64,000 nucleotides of DNA from contig CBFHUI010000004.1 in the NCBI GenBank assembly GCA_965658725.1, forward strand, positions 2,825 to 66,824, in the 5' to 3' direction. The position numbers and the translations under genes are program-made. Origin of the DNA: Alphaproteobacteria bacterium (GTDB lineage Bacteria; Pseudomonadota; Alphaproteobacteria; UBA7985). Below are positions 27,942-37,720 of this stretch, one piece after another (position 1 is the first letter of the stretch; every line of letters starts with the position of its first letter). The notes below the pieces were generated by a model. That model searched no databases and was not told the DNA's origin. It saw nothing but the letters and a program-made list of their open reading frames with translations.

Positions 27942-29465
27942 TTACTCGTCAAACCAGTGCGCGCGCGCTGCCATGACGATCTCGTTGGCCTTCTCCTCGG
28001 TCATTTCGTGCGCAACCAGCAGCTCGGCGAGTTCGTCGCCGGCCAGATCACCCACGTCGTCGAGGGTCTTGATATTGTTGTTGCCGAGGATGACCATCAT
28101 CGACGGGGTCAGGCCGTCGAGCGCGGCGACTTCGTCGGTCACGCCCATCTGCTTGCGCTCCTCATCGCGGCGGTCTTCTTCCTGTGCCAGCCAGTCGCGC
28201 GCACGGTTGCGCAGCTCTTCGCCGATTTCCTCGTCAAAGCCTTCGATCGCGGCCAGCTCTTCGACCGGGACAAAAGCAATCTCGTCCACCGCCGTGAAAC
28301 CTTCGGCAACCAGCAGGTGTGCGATGACGTCTTCCACGTCCAGCGCCTGAACAAACAGGCCCGAACGCTGGTTGAACTCTTCCTGACGCCGGCCCGATTC
28401 TTCCTCATCGGTCAGAATGTCGATCTCCAGCCCCGTCAGCATGGACGCCAGCCGTACGTTCTGCCCGCGTCGGCCAATGGCCAGCGACAGCTGATCGTCT
28501 GGAACCACCACTTCGATCCGGCCTGCTTCTTCGTCGAGAACAACCTTGGTCACCTCTGCTGGAGCGAGCGCGTTTACCACGTAAGTCGCGATGTCTTCAG
28601 ACCATGGAATGATGTCGATCTTCTCGCCTTGAAGCTCACCGACAACCGCCTGTACTCGGCTGCCGCGCATACCGACACAGGCACCGACCGGGTCGATGTT
28701 CACTTCGTGGCTCAGCACCGCGATTTTAGCGCGGGAGCCGGGGTCGCGGGCGACAGATTTGATCTCGATCAGACCATCGTAAATCTCTGGCACTTCCATG
28801 GAGAACAGCTTCGCCATGAAGATTGGGTGCGTGCGGGAGAGGAAGATTTGCGGGCCGCGGGTTTCTTCGCGCACATCGTAGATATAGGCACGGATGCGGT
28901 CGCCGACCTTTGGCTTTTCCCGCTGGATCAGCTCATCCCGGCGCAAGATCGCTTCCGAGCGGCCCAGATCGACGTACACGTTGCCGTATTCAACGCGCTT
29001 GACCAGACCGGTGATGATCTCGCCCTTGCGGTCCTTGAACTCGTCGTACTGCTTTTTGCGCTCAGCAAAGCGCACTTCCTGCACGATCACCTGCTTGGCC
29101 GACTGCGCCGCAATCCGTCCCAGGTCGATAGGAGGCAGTTCTTCGGTCAGGAAGTCGCCCACGACCAGCGCCTCATCCGAGAGGTGCGCGTCACGCAAGG
29201 TGATTTGCGTCATGTCATCTTCGACTTCTTCACGCGTCTCAACCACTTCGCGGTACCGGTGCAGGCTGATCTGCCCGTTCTTGCGGTCAATCGCGGCGCG
29301 GATGTCGTGATCGACACCGTACTTCTGACGGCCGGCGCGCTGAATCGCCTTTTCCATGGCTTCGAGCACTTCATCGCGCTCGATGCCTTTCTCGCGCGCG
29401 ACCATGTCGGCCATCTGGATCAGTTCCAGCCGTGGGGTGGCGGTTGTTTGGACCACGTTATCCAT
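27942..29465 (-). CDS. nusA: Transcription termination/antitermination factor NusA
   Basis: AREKGI, RIAAQSAKQVI, ARDPGSRAKIAV, GACVGMRGSRVQ, AIGRRGQNVRLA. Confidence 0.98.
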   Translation of the reverse strand: MDNVVQTTATPRLELIQMADMVAREKGIERDEVLEAMEKAIQRAGRQKYGVDHDIRAAIDRKNGQISLHRYREVVETREEVEDDMTQITLRDAHLSDEALVVGDFLTEELPPIDLGRIAAQSAKQVIVQEVRFAERKKQYDEFKDRKGEIITGLVKRVEYGNVYVDLGRSEAILRRDELIQREKPKVGDRIRAYIYDVREETRGPQIFLSRTHPIFMAKLFSMEVPEIYDGLIEIKSVARDPGSRAKIAVLSHEVNIDPVGACVGMRGSRVQAVVGELQGEKIDIIPWSEDIATYVVNALAPAEVTKVVLDEEAGRIEVVVPDDQLSLAIGRRGQNVRLASMLTGLEIDILTDEEESGRRQEEFNQRSGLFVQALDVEDVIAHLLVAEGFTAVDEIAFVPVEELAAIEGFDEEIGEELRNRARDWLAQEEDRRDEERKQMGVTDEVAALDGLTPSMMVILGNNNIKTLDDVGDLAGDELAELLVAHEMTEEKANEIVMAARAHWFDE

Positions 29466-29476
29466 CGATGTATTCC

Positions 29477-30049
29477 TCAGCTTTCCGGCGCAGTGCCGGT
29501 CTTAGGGTCAAGTGCGTCAGCCAGGGTGACTGGCTTGGGTAAGGTGCCATTCTTGGCGGCGTCAAACAGGGCATCGGTCGCGATCAGCTTGGCCTTGGCC
29601 AAATCGGAAAAGGGCAGCAGCGCGTCCCCGTTCTCGGTGTCGATTCGAACCGCTTCACCCTCAACCCCGCCCAGCACGCCGGAGAACCGACGGCGGCCTT
29701 CGATCAGGAAGCGGGTTTCAATCTTGGCTTCGTACCCCTTGAACCGCTCAAAATCCGCAAGCCGGGTCAGCGGCCGGTCAACGCCAGCGGAGCTGACTTC
29801 CAGCGTGAAAGACTCCGCGATCGGGTCTTCCACGTCCAGCAGCGCCGACAGCGCACGCGAGATTTCCTCACAGTGCTCCACGGTCATCAGGTCGCCGTTG
29901 GACGGCTCGGCCATCAGCTGCAGGCGCGGGTTCTGCGACCCGATTAGCAGCAGGCGCACGAGATCAAAGCCCATGGCTTCCAGCATGGAAACAATGTCGT
30001 CTTCAATCCGGGCCAAAGGACCAACGGGGCGCTCGAGGCGTTCCATCAT
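29477..30049 (-). CDS. rimP: Ribosome maturation factor RimP
   Basis: GFDLVR, LQLMAE, CEEISRALSALLDVEDPI, LEVSSAGVDRPL. Confidence 0.95.
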   Translation of the reverse strand: MMERLERPVGPLARIEDDIVSMLEAMGFDLVRLLLIGSQNPRLQLMAEPSNGDLMTVEHCEEISRALSALLDVEDPIAESFTLEVSSAGVDRPLTRLADFERFKGYEAKIETRFLIEGRRRFSGVLGGVEGEAVRIDTENGDALLPFSDLAKAKLIATDALFDAAKNGTLPKPVTLADALDPKTGTAPES

Positions 30050-30076
30050 TCAGCGGCAATCAAAGAAGGGGTTACG

Positions 30077-30106
30077 AAAACAAAAAAGCGAGCCGGCGGC
30101 CCGCTT
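30077..30106 (-). terminator. Terminator/attenuator just upstream of rimP
   Basis: Minus strand AAGCGGGCC-GCC-GGCTCGCTT followed by TTTTGTTTT, ending 27 nt before the rimP ATG. Confidence 0.75.
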
Positions 30107-30168
30107 GTTTCCAAGGGCATCACATGAAGCTTTAGAAGTTCACGGGCCGTCTGACGCCTTACATAGGA

Positions 30169-30915
30169 TCAATCGGGCACGCGCTCAAGGCTTAAATACA
30201 GGGGCTTACGTCCTTCCCGCACTGCTTTTGCCTCATAGCGGGTCCGGGGCCAGTCTTCCGTGCGCACCCGCCAGTCGTCCGCCGACTGCGCCAGCCAGCG
30301 GAACTTGGGGTGCGCCAAGGCGATCCGAGTCATCCACGGCTGATAGTCGGCGTGGTCGGTCGCAAGCCGCAGCAGGCCGCCGGGACGGATGGCGCGGGCG
30401 AGCGCGTCCATCATGCTCGGCTGGATGATCCGTCGCTCCCAATGGCGGCGCTTCGGCCAAGGGTCAGGGTGCAGAATAAAGGCACGCTCAACGCTGCCTT
30501 CCGGAACCCCTTCCACCAGCACACGCCCGTCGCCGTGCATGATCCGTACATTGCTCAGGTCGTGATCGTGGATATGCCGTACGGCAGAGGCGACCCCGTT
30601 CAGGAAGAACTCGGCGCCAATCAGCCGCACATCCGGGTTGGCTTCAGCCTGCCAGGCCAGGTGCTCACCCGCGCCGATACCCACTTCGAGCCAGAGCCGC
30701 TCAGGCGCATTGCCGAACAGCGCCGGCAGGTCCACGCGGCCCTCATTATCGGGGATGCAGGCAATCTCTGGCAGGACATCGGTCATCATCCGCGCCAGCT
30801 TCGGCTTGAGCGGACGACCGGACAGGCGGCCCCACAGGTGCAGGATGCCGTCTTTGGCTGTGCTGTCCTTGCCGCGGTAGGGTTGGAAGTCGGTGGAAGA
30901 GGGAGGCTTTGACAT
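30169..30915 (-). CDS. trmB: tRNA (guanine-N7)-methyltransferase
   Basis: LEVGIGAGEHL, IGAEFF, HPDPWPKRRHWERRI, LATDHADY, TRYEAKA. Confidence 0.94.
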   Translation of the reverse strand: MSKPPSSTDFQPYRGKDSTAKDGILHLWGRLSGRPLKPKLARMMTDVLPEIACIPDNEGRVDLPALFGNAPERLWLEVGIGAGEHLAWQAEANPDVRLIGAEFFLNGVASAVRHIHDHDLSNVRIMHGDGRVLVEGVPEGSVERAFILHPDPWPKRRHWERRIIQPSMMDALARAIRPGGLLRLATDHADYQPWMTRIALAHPKFRWLAQSADDWRVRTEDWPRTRYEAKAVREGRKPLYLSLERVPD

Positions 30916-30961
30916 AGTCCCGATCTGCCCAAAGCCCTCTCACAGGTCAAGCGAAAGGGGG

Positions 30962-31426
30962 TCAGGTCCGGTATCGATCCGACTGTACAAAGTCCAGCGA
31001 CAAGACCAGCTGCATGATCGAGCGCCGCAGCGACGGGTCTTGCAGGCGGCAAAAGGCCCGCACCAGCTCGCTTAACTCGGCATCCCCCATGCGATCGACA
31101 CCTTCGAAGTCCCTGTGCTCATCACGCAGAGCGTCTTCGCTCGCTTCGCCCAAATCAGGGTCGGCGTATTCGTCAAAGAAATACTGGATGGGAACGCTAA
31201 GCGCTTTCGCCAGTTCATAAAGGCGACCGGCTGAAACGCGGTTTGCGCCACGTTCGTATTTTTGCACTTGTTGAAACGACAGATCGACGGCTTTCGCCAA
31301 TTCATCCTGCGTTAAACCCCTTACTAAACGCCGGGTCTTGATCCGTCTGCCAACGTGCACATCGATTGGATTGCCACTTCCCTCGGCGGTCGATGGCCTC
31401 CCTCGCTTGCGGGGCTTGGTGTCCAT
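30962..31426 (-). CDS. XRE-family HTH transcriptional regulator
   Basis: PIDVHVGRRIKTRR...TQDELA..VDLSFQQVQKYERGANRVSAGRL. Confidence 0.92.
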   Translation of the reverse strand: MDTKPRKRGRPSTAEGSGNPIDVHVGRRIKTRRLVRGLTQDELAKAVDLSFQQVQKYERGANRVSAGRLYELAKALSVPIQYFFDEYADPDLGEASEDALRDEHRDFEGVDRMGDAELSELVRAFCRLQDPSLRRSIMQLVLSLDFVQSDRYRT

Positions 31427-31527
31427 AAATGGGCTTGTCTGCTAATCGGTTAATTTATCCGAATTTTTACATACAATAGCATACATAGACAACTGATTAA
31501 AATTTACATCTTATACGAGTATTTTTA

Positions 31528-33060
31528 TCAACGGCGGCGGGTATTCCAAGCCAGACCCGTACCCAGACCGATTGCGAGCAGCCCCAAGCAAAGCCCCCAG
31601 AACACAAGGCGCGAGGCTCTGCCGTAAAGCGTGAGGGGAAGAGGTTGGGGCAAAGGTACGTTGGCGACCTCCGTGCTGCCATAGGCCATGCGCTTGTGCA
31701 CGCGCCCAGCGGCATCAATGACGCCAGAGATCCCCGTACCGCCGACGCGCACCATGGGTAAGCCTTCTTCCACGGCGCGGAACCGTGCGAAGATGAAGTG
31801 CTGGCGCGGGCCTGACGTGTCGCCGTACCAGCCATCGTTGGAGATGTTGACCATCCACTCTGGCCGGGGGGTGCCGCGCTTGATGACGTTGCCGGGGAAG
31901 ATCATCTCGTAGCAGATCAGCGGGGAGACGGGCGGCAGGCCCGCGATGTCCCACGTGCTCAGCCCAGGCCCTTCCCAGAACGACCCCGCCGAAAACGCCT
32001 GCAGCGGGATCCAGCGCACGAACCACGGCTTGTATTCACCAAAGGGGACGAGGTGTGATTTGTCGTGGCGCGCGAGGATCCCGTCCTCGCTCAGCAGATA
32101 AGCGGTGTTGGTGGGGATCGGATCATCCCCGGGAGAGGCGCCCAGACCGCCCGTGATGATCCGGGTTTGCGCAGGCAGGCGGTCGAGGATCCAAGCGAGG
32201 TCTTCCGGGAAATAGTCGATGAAGAACTGGATTGAGGTCTCCGACCAGATCGCGACGTGATGCGTGCCGTCGCCGCTCAAGGTCATGGACAGAAGGTCGC
32301 TGACCTTCTGGCGCTTTTCGGTGTCATCCAGTCGGGCGAGGGCGTTGGTGCCGGGCTGCACCAGCCGCGCGATGGTTTCCGACGGTGCCGCTGCCCGCAC
32401 GCCGATCTGGCTCAGCCGAAGCTGACCGAAGGCCACCAAAACCACCAGCGGCAACAGGGTCAGCGCCAGTCCCGCGCGCACCTGTCGCCGCAGCAGCAGG
32501 GCAGGGCCCGCTGCGCTGAGCATGGTTAGGGCCGTGAGGCCAAAGACGCCGATCCACGCTGAGAGCTGGAGCGTAAGGGGGTGAAAACCCCAGACCGTGC
32601 CCAGCGGACCCCAGGGCAGGCCCGTCAGAACCCACCCGCGAAAACCTTCCGCCCCCATGGACGCCGCAGCAAACAGTACAATCGTTCCCAGCAGGCCCAG
32701 ACGCAGGCGACGCTGCACCAGCCAAACCGCGAGCCACCATGGACTTTGCACCATGGCCAGAAAGGCGGGCAGACCGAGGATGGCGAACGGCATGACCCAC
32801 CAGTACGCGGCGAGGTCAACGCCGACGATCCAGCCCAGCCAGTACATCCCCCCGGCGATCTGTCCCCACCAGAACGTAAAGATGAACAGCCAAGCCCCGC
32901 GCCAGCCAGTCCGACTCAGGATCAGCAGCAGCGCAAGGGGATAGGCCACCCACAGCACGGGCAAGGCCCAGACCGGGGGCTGCGCCAATGCGGTCGAAAG
33001 GCCCAGCAGGAAAAGAAGCAGCGAGCCGCTTCCTGTCCGAACGCGGGTGAAGCGGTCCAA
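31528..33060 (-). CDS. lnt: Apolipoprotein N-acyltransferase
   Basis: GLPW, VQP, WSET, KSHLVPFGEY, ICYE, NISNDGWY, QH. Confidence 0.93.
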   Translation of the reverse strand: MDRFTRVRTGSGSLLLFLLGLSTALAQPPVWALPVLWVAYPLALLLILSRTGWRGAWLFIFTFWWGQIAGGMYWLGWIVGVDLAAYWWVMPFAILGLPAFLAMVQSPWWLAVWLVQRRLRLGLLGTIVLFAAASMGAEGFRGWVLTGLPWGPLGTVWGFHPLTLQLSAWIGVFGLTALTMLSAAGPALLLRRQVRAGLALTLLPLVVLVAFGQLRLSQIGVRAAAPSETIARLVQPGTNALARLDDTEKRQKVSDLLSMTLSGDGTHHVAIWSETSIQFFIDYFPEDLAWILDRLPAQTRIITGGLGASPGDDPIPTNTAYLLSEDGILARHDKSHLVPFGEYKPWFVRWIPLQAFSAGSFWEGPGLSTWDIAGLPPVSPLICYEMIFPGNVIKRGTPRPEWMVNISNDGWYGDTSGPRQHFIFARFRAVEEGLPMVRVGGTGISGVIDAAGRVHKRMAYGSTEVANVPLPQPLPLTLYGRASRLVFWGLCLGLLAIGLGTGLAWNTRRR

Positions 33061-33063
33061 GGC

Positions 33064-34077
33064 CTATTTGTCCTCTGACTCGGTTGAGTCCGTGTTGGGG
33101 GAAGGAGCAGCGCTTTCGTCCGCCGCGCCCTCGTTGGCTGCGCTGTCATCAGCGGCGGCGAGGCGGCGTCGGCGGCGCAAGGGGTTGGTGGCGGGCTCGA
33201 TGTGAACGCGGCGAATGCGGCGCGGGTCGGCTTCCATCACCATGAACCGCCAGCCCGATGCGTGGGTCAGAACCTCACCCCGGATCGGCACGCGCCCGGC
33301 CAGCGAGAACACCAGGCCGCCGAGCGTGTCGAAGTCTTCCTCGCGGTCTTCGTCGGTCAGGAACGCACCAATGCGGTTCTCCAGCTCGCTGAGTTCGAGC
33401 CGGGCGTAAGCCTCGAACTCGTTTTCACCGACAGTCACGATCTCGCCGTTGTCTTCGTCGTGCTCATCCTGAATATCGCCGACGATTTCTTCCACGAGGT
33501 CTTCAATAGTCAGCAAGCCGTCGATCCCGCCGTGCTCGTCAACCACAAAGGCCATGTGGCGGCGCTTGGTGCGCATATCCAGCAGCATGTCGAGTACCGG
33601 CATCGACGGCGCAACAAAGATTGGCGGGCGCAGGATGGAGCGCAGGCCCTCGTTCGAGCCGCGCGCCTTGGCGGCGAGCAGATCTTTGATGTGCACCAGT
33701 CCGCGAATGTCGTCCTTGTCCTCACCGTAGACCGGCATGCGTGAATGACCCTCGCCTGCGGCAACCTCGATCACCGCGTCGATGGAAGAGTCTATGTCCA
33801 CAGCAATGATCTCGGCGCGCGGGACCAGCACGTCTTCGACGGTGCGGTCCTTGAGCTGCAGGATGTTGGACAGCATCTTGCGCTCATCGGCACCAAAGCC
33901 GCTGCTTTCATCATGATCGGGGGACTCGAGGATGGTCTCGATCGCATCGCGGTCGTTGCGCTGGGGCCGAACAAGGCGCAGGACAGCGGCCACCTGCTCG
34001 CCCCAGCGGGTCAGCCGGGACGATGGCGGTTGAGACGGTTCAGAATTCGAAGAGGAAGGGTCGGCAGACGTTGTCAT
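33064..34077 (-). CDS. CBS-pair + CorC domain protein (CorC/hemolysin family)
   Basis: VLVPRAEI, HSRMPVY, VVDEHGGIDGLLTIEDLVEEIVGDIQDEHD, DTLGGLVF. Confidence 0.9.
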   Translation of the reverse strand: MTTSADPSSSNSEPSQPPSSRLTRWGEQVAAVLRLVRPQRNDRDAIETILESPDHDESSGFGADERKMLSNILQLKDRTVEDVLVPRAEIIAVDIDSSIDAVIEVAAGEGHSRMPVYGEDKDDIRGLVHIKDLLAAKARGSNEGLRSILRPPIFVAPSMPVLDMLLDMRTKRRHMAFVVDEHGGIDGLLTIEDLVEEIVGDIQDEHDEDNGEIVTVGENEFEAYARLELSELENRIGAFLTDEDREEDFDTLGGLVFSLAGRVPIRGEVLTHASGWRFMVMEADPRRIRRVHIEPATNPLRRRRRLAAADDSAANEGAADESAAPSPNTDSTESEDK

Positions 34078-34152
34078 GACGTGGTGAGAGTGGCCGCACC
34101 ATCGGGCAAAATTACGGTCGCTGTATCGCGTTGGTCTTGTCCGGTGCTTTGT

Positions 34153-34680
34153 TTACTCTGCGTTTTCTCCGTATGGGTCAGGATAGCCGAGGTCTCTCAT
34201 AGCGAGGCGTTCGAGGCCTTCCATCAGTTCGGCTTGGTCCTCTTGAATATGGTCAAACCCCAGCAAATGCAAAACCCCGTGGATTATCAAGTGGCTAAGG
34301 TGTGAATCGAGCGTTTTTTCCTGCTGGATAGCCTCTCGCACGACAGTTTCCCCTGCCAGAGCCAGATCTCCCCAGTAGACCGAGGCCCCATCGGCCTGCC
34401 CCTGTTCCATAATCCCGGCGGGGGCATCGTCTTCGAAGCTGGGCCAGGACAGGACGTTGGTGGGTTGGGGTTTGCCGCGGAAATCTTCGTTCAGCCGCGC
34501 CACGCGCGGGTCATCGAGGAAGGCGATGGAAAGCGCTGCATCGGCTTCCCAGTGGTCAAAGCCTTCGCTCTCCAATCCCACGTGAAAGGCCGCCGCCACG
34601 GCGCGGTCGGTGAGGGTTTCGAGGTCCTCGGCCGACGCAGGCCATGCGTCGGGCGCGTCTAGGATGAGTTCAGCCTTCAT
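34153..34680 (-). CDS. ybeY: rRNA maturation RNase YbeY
   Basis: LNEDFRGKPQPTNVLSWP; HLIIHGVLHLLGFDH. Confidence 0.95.
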   Translation of the reverse strand: MKAELILDAPDAWPASAEDLETLTDRAVAAAFHVGLESEGFDHWEADAALSIAFLDDPRVARLNEDFRGKPQPTNVLSWPSFEDDAPAGIMEQGQADGASVYWGDLALAGETVVREAIQQEKTLDSHLSHLIIHGVLHLLGFDHIQEDQAELMEGLERLAMRDLGYPDPYGENAE

Positions 34681-35693
34681 CCCTGATCGGCGCCGGTCTT
34701 GTAGGCCTCCGCCTCTGGCTTGGGTGCTGCGTCGTAAGCGCGGATGATGCGACCTACCAGCGGGTGGCGCACTACATCATCAGCAGCAAAGCGCTTCACC
34801 GCGACGCCTTTGACATCGCGCAAGGTATCGAGCGCATCGCGCAGGCCGCTTTTCACGCCGCGCGGCAGATCGACCTGACTCAAGTCACCGTTCACGACCA
34901 TGCGCGAGCCTTCGCCCAAGCGGGTCAGAAACATCTTCATCTGAGCAGCGGTGGTGTTTTGCGCTTCATCAAGGATCACAAAGGCTTCCGACAGGGTGCG
35001 ACCCCGCATGAAGGCCAGCGGGGCAATCTCGATTGACCCCGCTTCGATCCGCTTCTCCACCTGATCGCGCGGCAGCATGTCATAGAGCGCGTCGTAAAGC
35101 GGTCGCAGGTAGGGATCGACTTTTTCTTTCATATCACCAGGCAGAAAGCCCAGCCGTTCACCTGCTTCGACCGCAGGGCGGGACAGGATCAGCCGTCGAA
35201 CCTTGCCTTCGAGCAGGTGCGAAATCGCCATGGCGGCGGCAAGGTAGGTTTTGCCTGTCCCAGCGGGGCCAACGCCAAAGGTCAGCTCATGGTCGCGCAT
35301 GGCCACCAGATAGTCTGCCTGCCCCGGCGTGCGCGGTGAAATCGACTTCTTGCGCGTCGTGATGGCGACGTGTTCGGTGGGGTGCCCTTTGAACAGGTCC
35401 TCTGCAGCGCCGTTCTGCTCGACGTGGTGCCGACCCATGCGGATCGCTGCTTCTACGTCCGCCGGCTCAACGATCAGGCCACGACGCGCACGGTCGTAAA
35501 GGCTTTCAAGGACAGCAAAGCCAAGCTCGACGGACTCGGTCTCACCGTGCAGGACGATTTCATCGGAGCGGTTGGCGATCGACAGGCTGAGCCGTTCTTC
35601 GATTAGCGCAAGGTTCGCGTCACCCACACCGCAGACATCCAGAGCCAGTCTCGCGTCCGCGAATTGGAACGCATGCGATGTCGCTTGGGTCAT
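34677..35693 (-). CDS. PhoH-family ATPase
   Basis: GPAGTGKTY, SRPAVEAGERLGFLPGD, APLAFMRGRTL, LDEAQNTT, GDLSQVDL. Confidence 0.95.
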   Translation of the reverse strand: MTQATSHAFQFADARLALDVCGVGDANLALIEERLSLSIANRSDEIVLHGETESVELGFAVLESLYDRARRGLIVEPADVEAAIRMGRHHVEQNGAAEDLFKGHPTEHVAITTRKKSISPRTPGQADYLVAMRDHELTFGVGPAGTGKTYLAAAMAISHLLEGKVRRLILSRPAVEAGERLGFLPGDMKEKVDPYLRPLYDALYDMLPRDQVEKRIEAGSIEIAPLAFMRGRTLSEAFVILDEAQNTTAAQMKMFLTRLGEGSRMVVNGDLSQVDLPRGVKSGLRDALDTLRDVKGVAVKRFAADDVVRHPLVGRIIRAYDAAPKPEAEAYKTGADQG

Positions 35694-35708
35694 TCGGAAC
35701 CTTTCATA

Positions 35709-37070
35709 TCAAGCAGCTTCACGTGCCATTAGGATTTGGCCTCGTAGGGAATTGGCGCCCGCGGCGAGGATTTCAACGTCCACCAGTTGACCCACCCGAT
35801 GTTGCGGTGCCGTTACAGCGACCGACTGCATGTAGGGACTGCGCCCGATCAGCTGCTCTTCTTCCTTACCCGCGCGCTCAAGCAGCACAGAGAAGGTGCG
35901 GCCCACGCAGCTTTGGTTGAAGGCCAACTGCTGCTCGTTCAGCAGCTGTTGCACGGCTTCGAGCCGGCGTGACTTCACCTCTTCGGGCACATGAAACTCA
36001 ACATTAGCAGCCGGGGTGCCGGGGCGGGGGCTGTACTTGAAGGAATAGGCTTGGGCGTAGTTCACATCCGTGATGATCTTCAGCGTGTCTGCGAAGTCCT
36101 GATCGGACTCACCGGGGAAACCGACGATAAAGTCACCACTGATCGCCATGTCGGGCCGGATCTCACGCAAGCGTTGGATGATCTCAAGGTACTCGGCAGC
36201 TGTGTGCGAGCGGTTCATCGCCTTCAGGATCGGGTCCGAGCCGGACTGCACGGGCAGGTGCAGATAAGGCATCAGCTTTGGGTTATCAGCGAAGGCGCGG
36301 TAGAGGTCTTCGTCCATGTCCTTGGGGTGAGACGTAGTAAAGCGCAGGCGCTCCAGACCATCGATATCACCCAGCGCGCTGAGCAGCCCGGCAAGGTTCC
36401 ACGTCCCCGTCCCACCGTTCGGCGCTTCGCCGTGGTAGGCGTTAACGTTCTGACCCAGAAGGGTAATTTCCCGCACACCCTGATCCGCCAAGCGCTGGGC
36501 TTCGGCGAGCACGGAGGCAACTGGGCGCGACTCTTCCGCTCCGCGCGTGTAGGGGACCACGCAGAAGGAGCAGAACTTGTCGCATCCTTCCTGCACTGTC
36601 AGGAAAGCAGAAGCGCCCGTGGCGGACGTGCGCTCTTCAGGCAGATGATCGAACTTGGATTCCGTGGGGAAGTCAGTCTCGACGATGGCGCGCTCGCCGC
36701 GCTCCACTCGGTCTACCAGTTCCGGCAGACGGTGATAGGATTGGGGGCCGATGACCAGATCGACAGCCGGGGCCCGTCGCTGGATTTCTGCACCCTCAGC
36801 CTGCGCAACACAGCCGGTAACGGCGATCTTTACGTCGCGCCCGGACTGCTCCCGCAGCATCCGCATGCGGCCAACTTCTGAGTACACCTTCTCCGCCGCC
36901 TTCTCCCGAATATGGCAGGTGTTCAGCACCACCAGATCCGCCTCGTCGGCGCTCGCGGCAGTGGTATAGCCAGCCTTGCTCAGGCTTTCGGCCATCCGCT
37001 CGGAGTCATAGACGTTCATTTGACACCCATAGGTGCGAATGAAGACGCGCTTTTCGGAGTTCTCAGTCAT
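35709..37070 (-). CDS. miaB: tRNA-i6A37 methylthiotransferase MiaB
   Basis: [40 protein letters not shown]-terminal TRAM domain. Confidence 0.96.
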   Translation of the reverse strand: MTENSEKRVFIRTYGCQMNVYDSERMAESLSKAGYTTAASADEADLVVLNTCHIREKAAEKVYSEVGRMRMLREQSGRDVKIAVTGCVAQAEGAEIQRRAPAVDLVIGPQSYHRLPELVDRVERGERAIVETDFPTESKFDHLPEERTSATGASAFLTVQEGCDKFCSFCVVPYTRGAEESRPVASVLAEAQRLADQGVREITLLGQNVNAYHGEAPNGGTGTWNLAGLLSALGDIDGLERLRFTTSHPKDMDEDLYRAFADNPKLMPYLHLPVQSGSDPILKAMNRSHTAAEYLEIIQRLREIRPDMAISGDFIVGFPGESDQDFADTLKIITDVNYAQAYSFKYSPRPGTPAANVEFHVPEEVKSRRLEAVQQLLNEQQLAFNQSCVGRTFSVLLERAGKEEEQLIGRSPYMQSVAVTAPQHRVGQLVDVEILAAGANSLRGQILMAREAA

Positions 37071-37103
37071 GACGCCCTACTATCACCAACCTTTGACAGC
37101 TTG

Positions 37104-37143
37104 AAAACAAAAACGGTCGCAGGGCATCAGACCTGCGACCGTT
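37104..37143 (-). terminator. Intrinsic terminator after mucR
   Basis: AACGGTCGCAGG-GCATCAGA-CCTGCGACCGTT, 12-bp stem with minus-strand T-tract. Confidence 0.85.
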
Positions 37144-37165
37144 CTAAACCGCAATGGCGGGTGGC

Positions 37166-37576
37166 TTAAGCAGCGCTGCGGCGGGTACCGAGGCCGATTT
37201 CCTTGGCCAGCTTGGAGCGCTGGGCTGCATAGTTCGGCGCAACCATTGGGTAGTCCGATGGCAGACCCCAACGCTGGCGGTATTCTTCCGGGCTCATGTC
37301 GTAAGCGGTCTTCAGGTGACGCTTGAGCATCTTCAGCTTCTTGCCGTCTTCCAAGCAGACAATGTAATCCGGCTTAATCGAAGAACGAATAGCAACCGCA
37401 GGTACAAGTTCTGCTTCTTCTTCTACTGCAGGGGCATCGACAGAAGAAAGCGTTGCGTAGACATCAGCAATCATCCGCGGCAAGTCGCCGACAGCGACAG
37501 AATTATTCGACACGTGCGCAGCAACGATGTCTGCAGTGAGTGCAAGCAACTCAGAGTTGGCGTTATCTTTCACCAA
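37166..37576 (-). CDS. mucR: MucR/Ros family transcriptional regulator
   Basis: LTADIVAAHVSNN, PAVAIRSSIKPDYIVCLEDGKKLKMLKRHL, YRQRWGLPSDYPMVAPNYA. Confidence 0.95.
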   Translation of the reverse strand: MVKDNANSELLALTADIVAAHVSNNSVAVGDLPRMIADVYATLSSVDAPAVEEEAELVPAVAIRSSIKPDYIVCLEDGKKLKMLKRHLKTAYDMSPEEYRQRWGLPSDYPMVAPNYAAQRSKLAKEIGLGTRRSAA

Positions 37577-37720
37577 AATATTCCTTCTCGATAAGTACCA
37601 ATATAGCGCTTTGAGCGAAACTGTATTGCTTCTTTAAACGTGAATTTGATTTTTGCAAGGCGAAGATCATTCTTCGTCACGCATTTATGATGCCGCGTCT
37701 GAAGCGGCGAAAGCGTGCAC

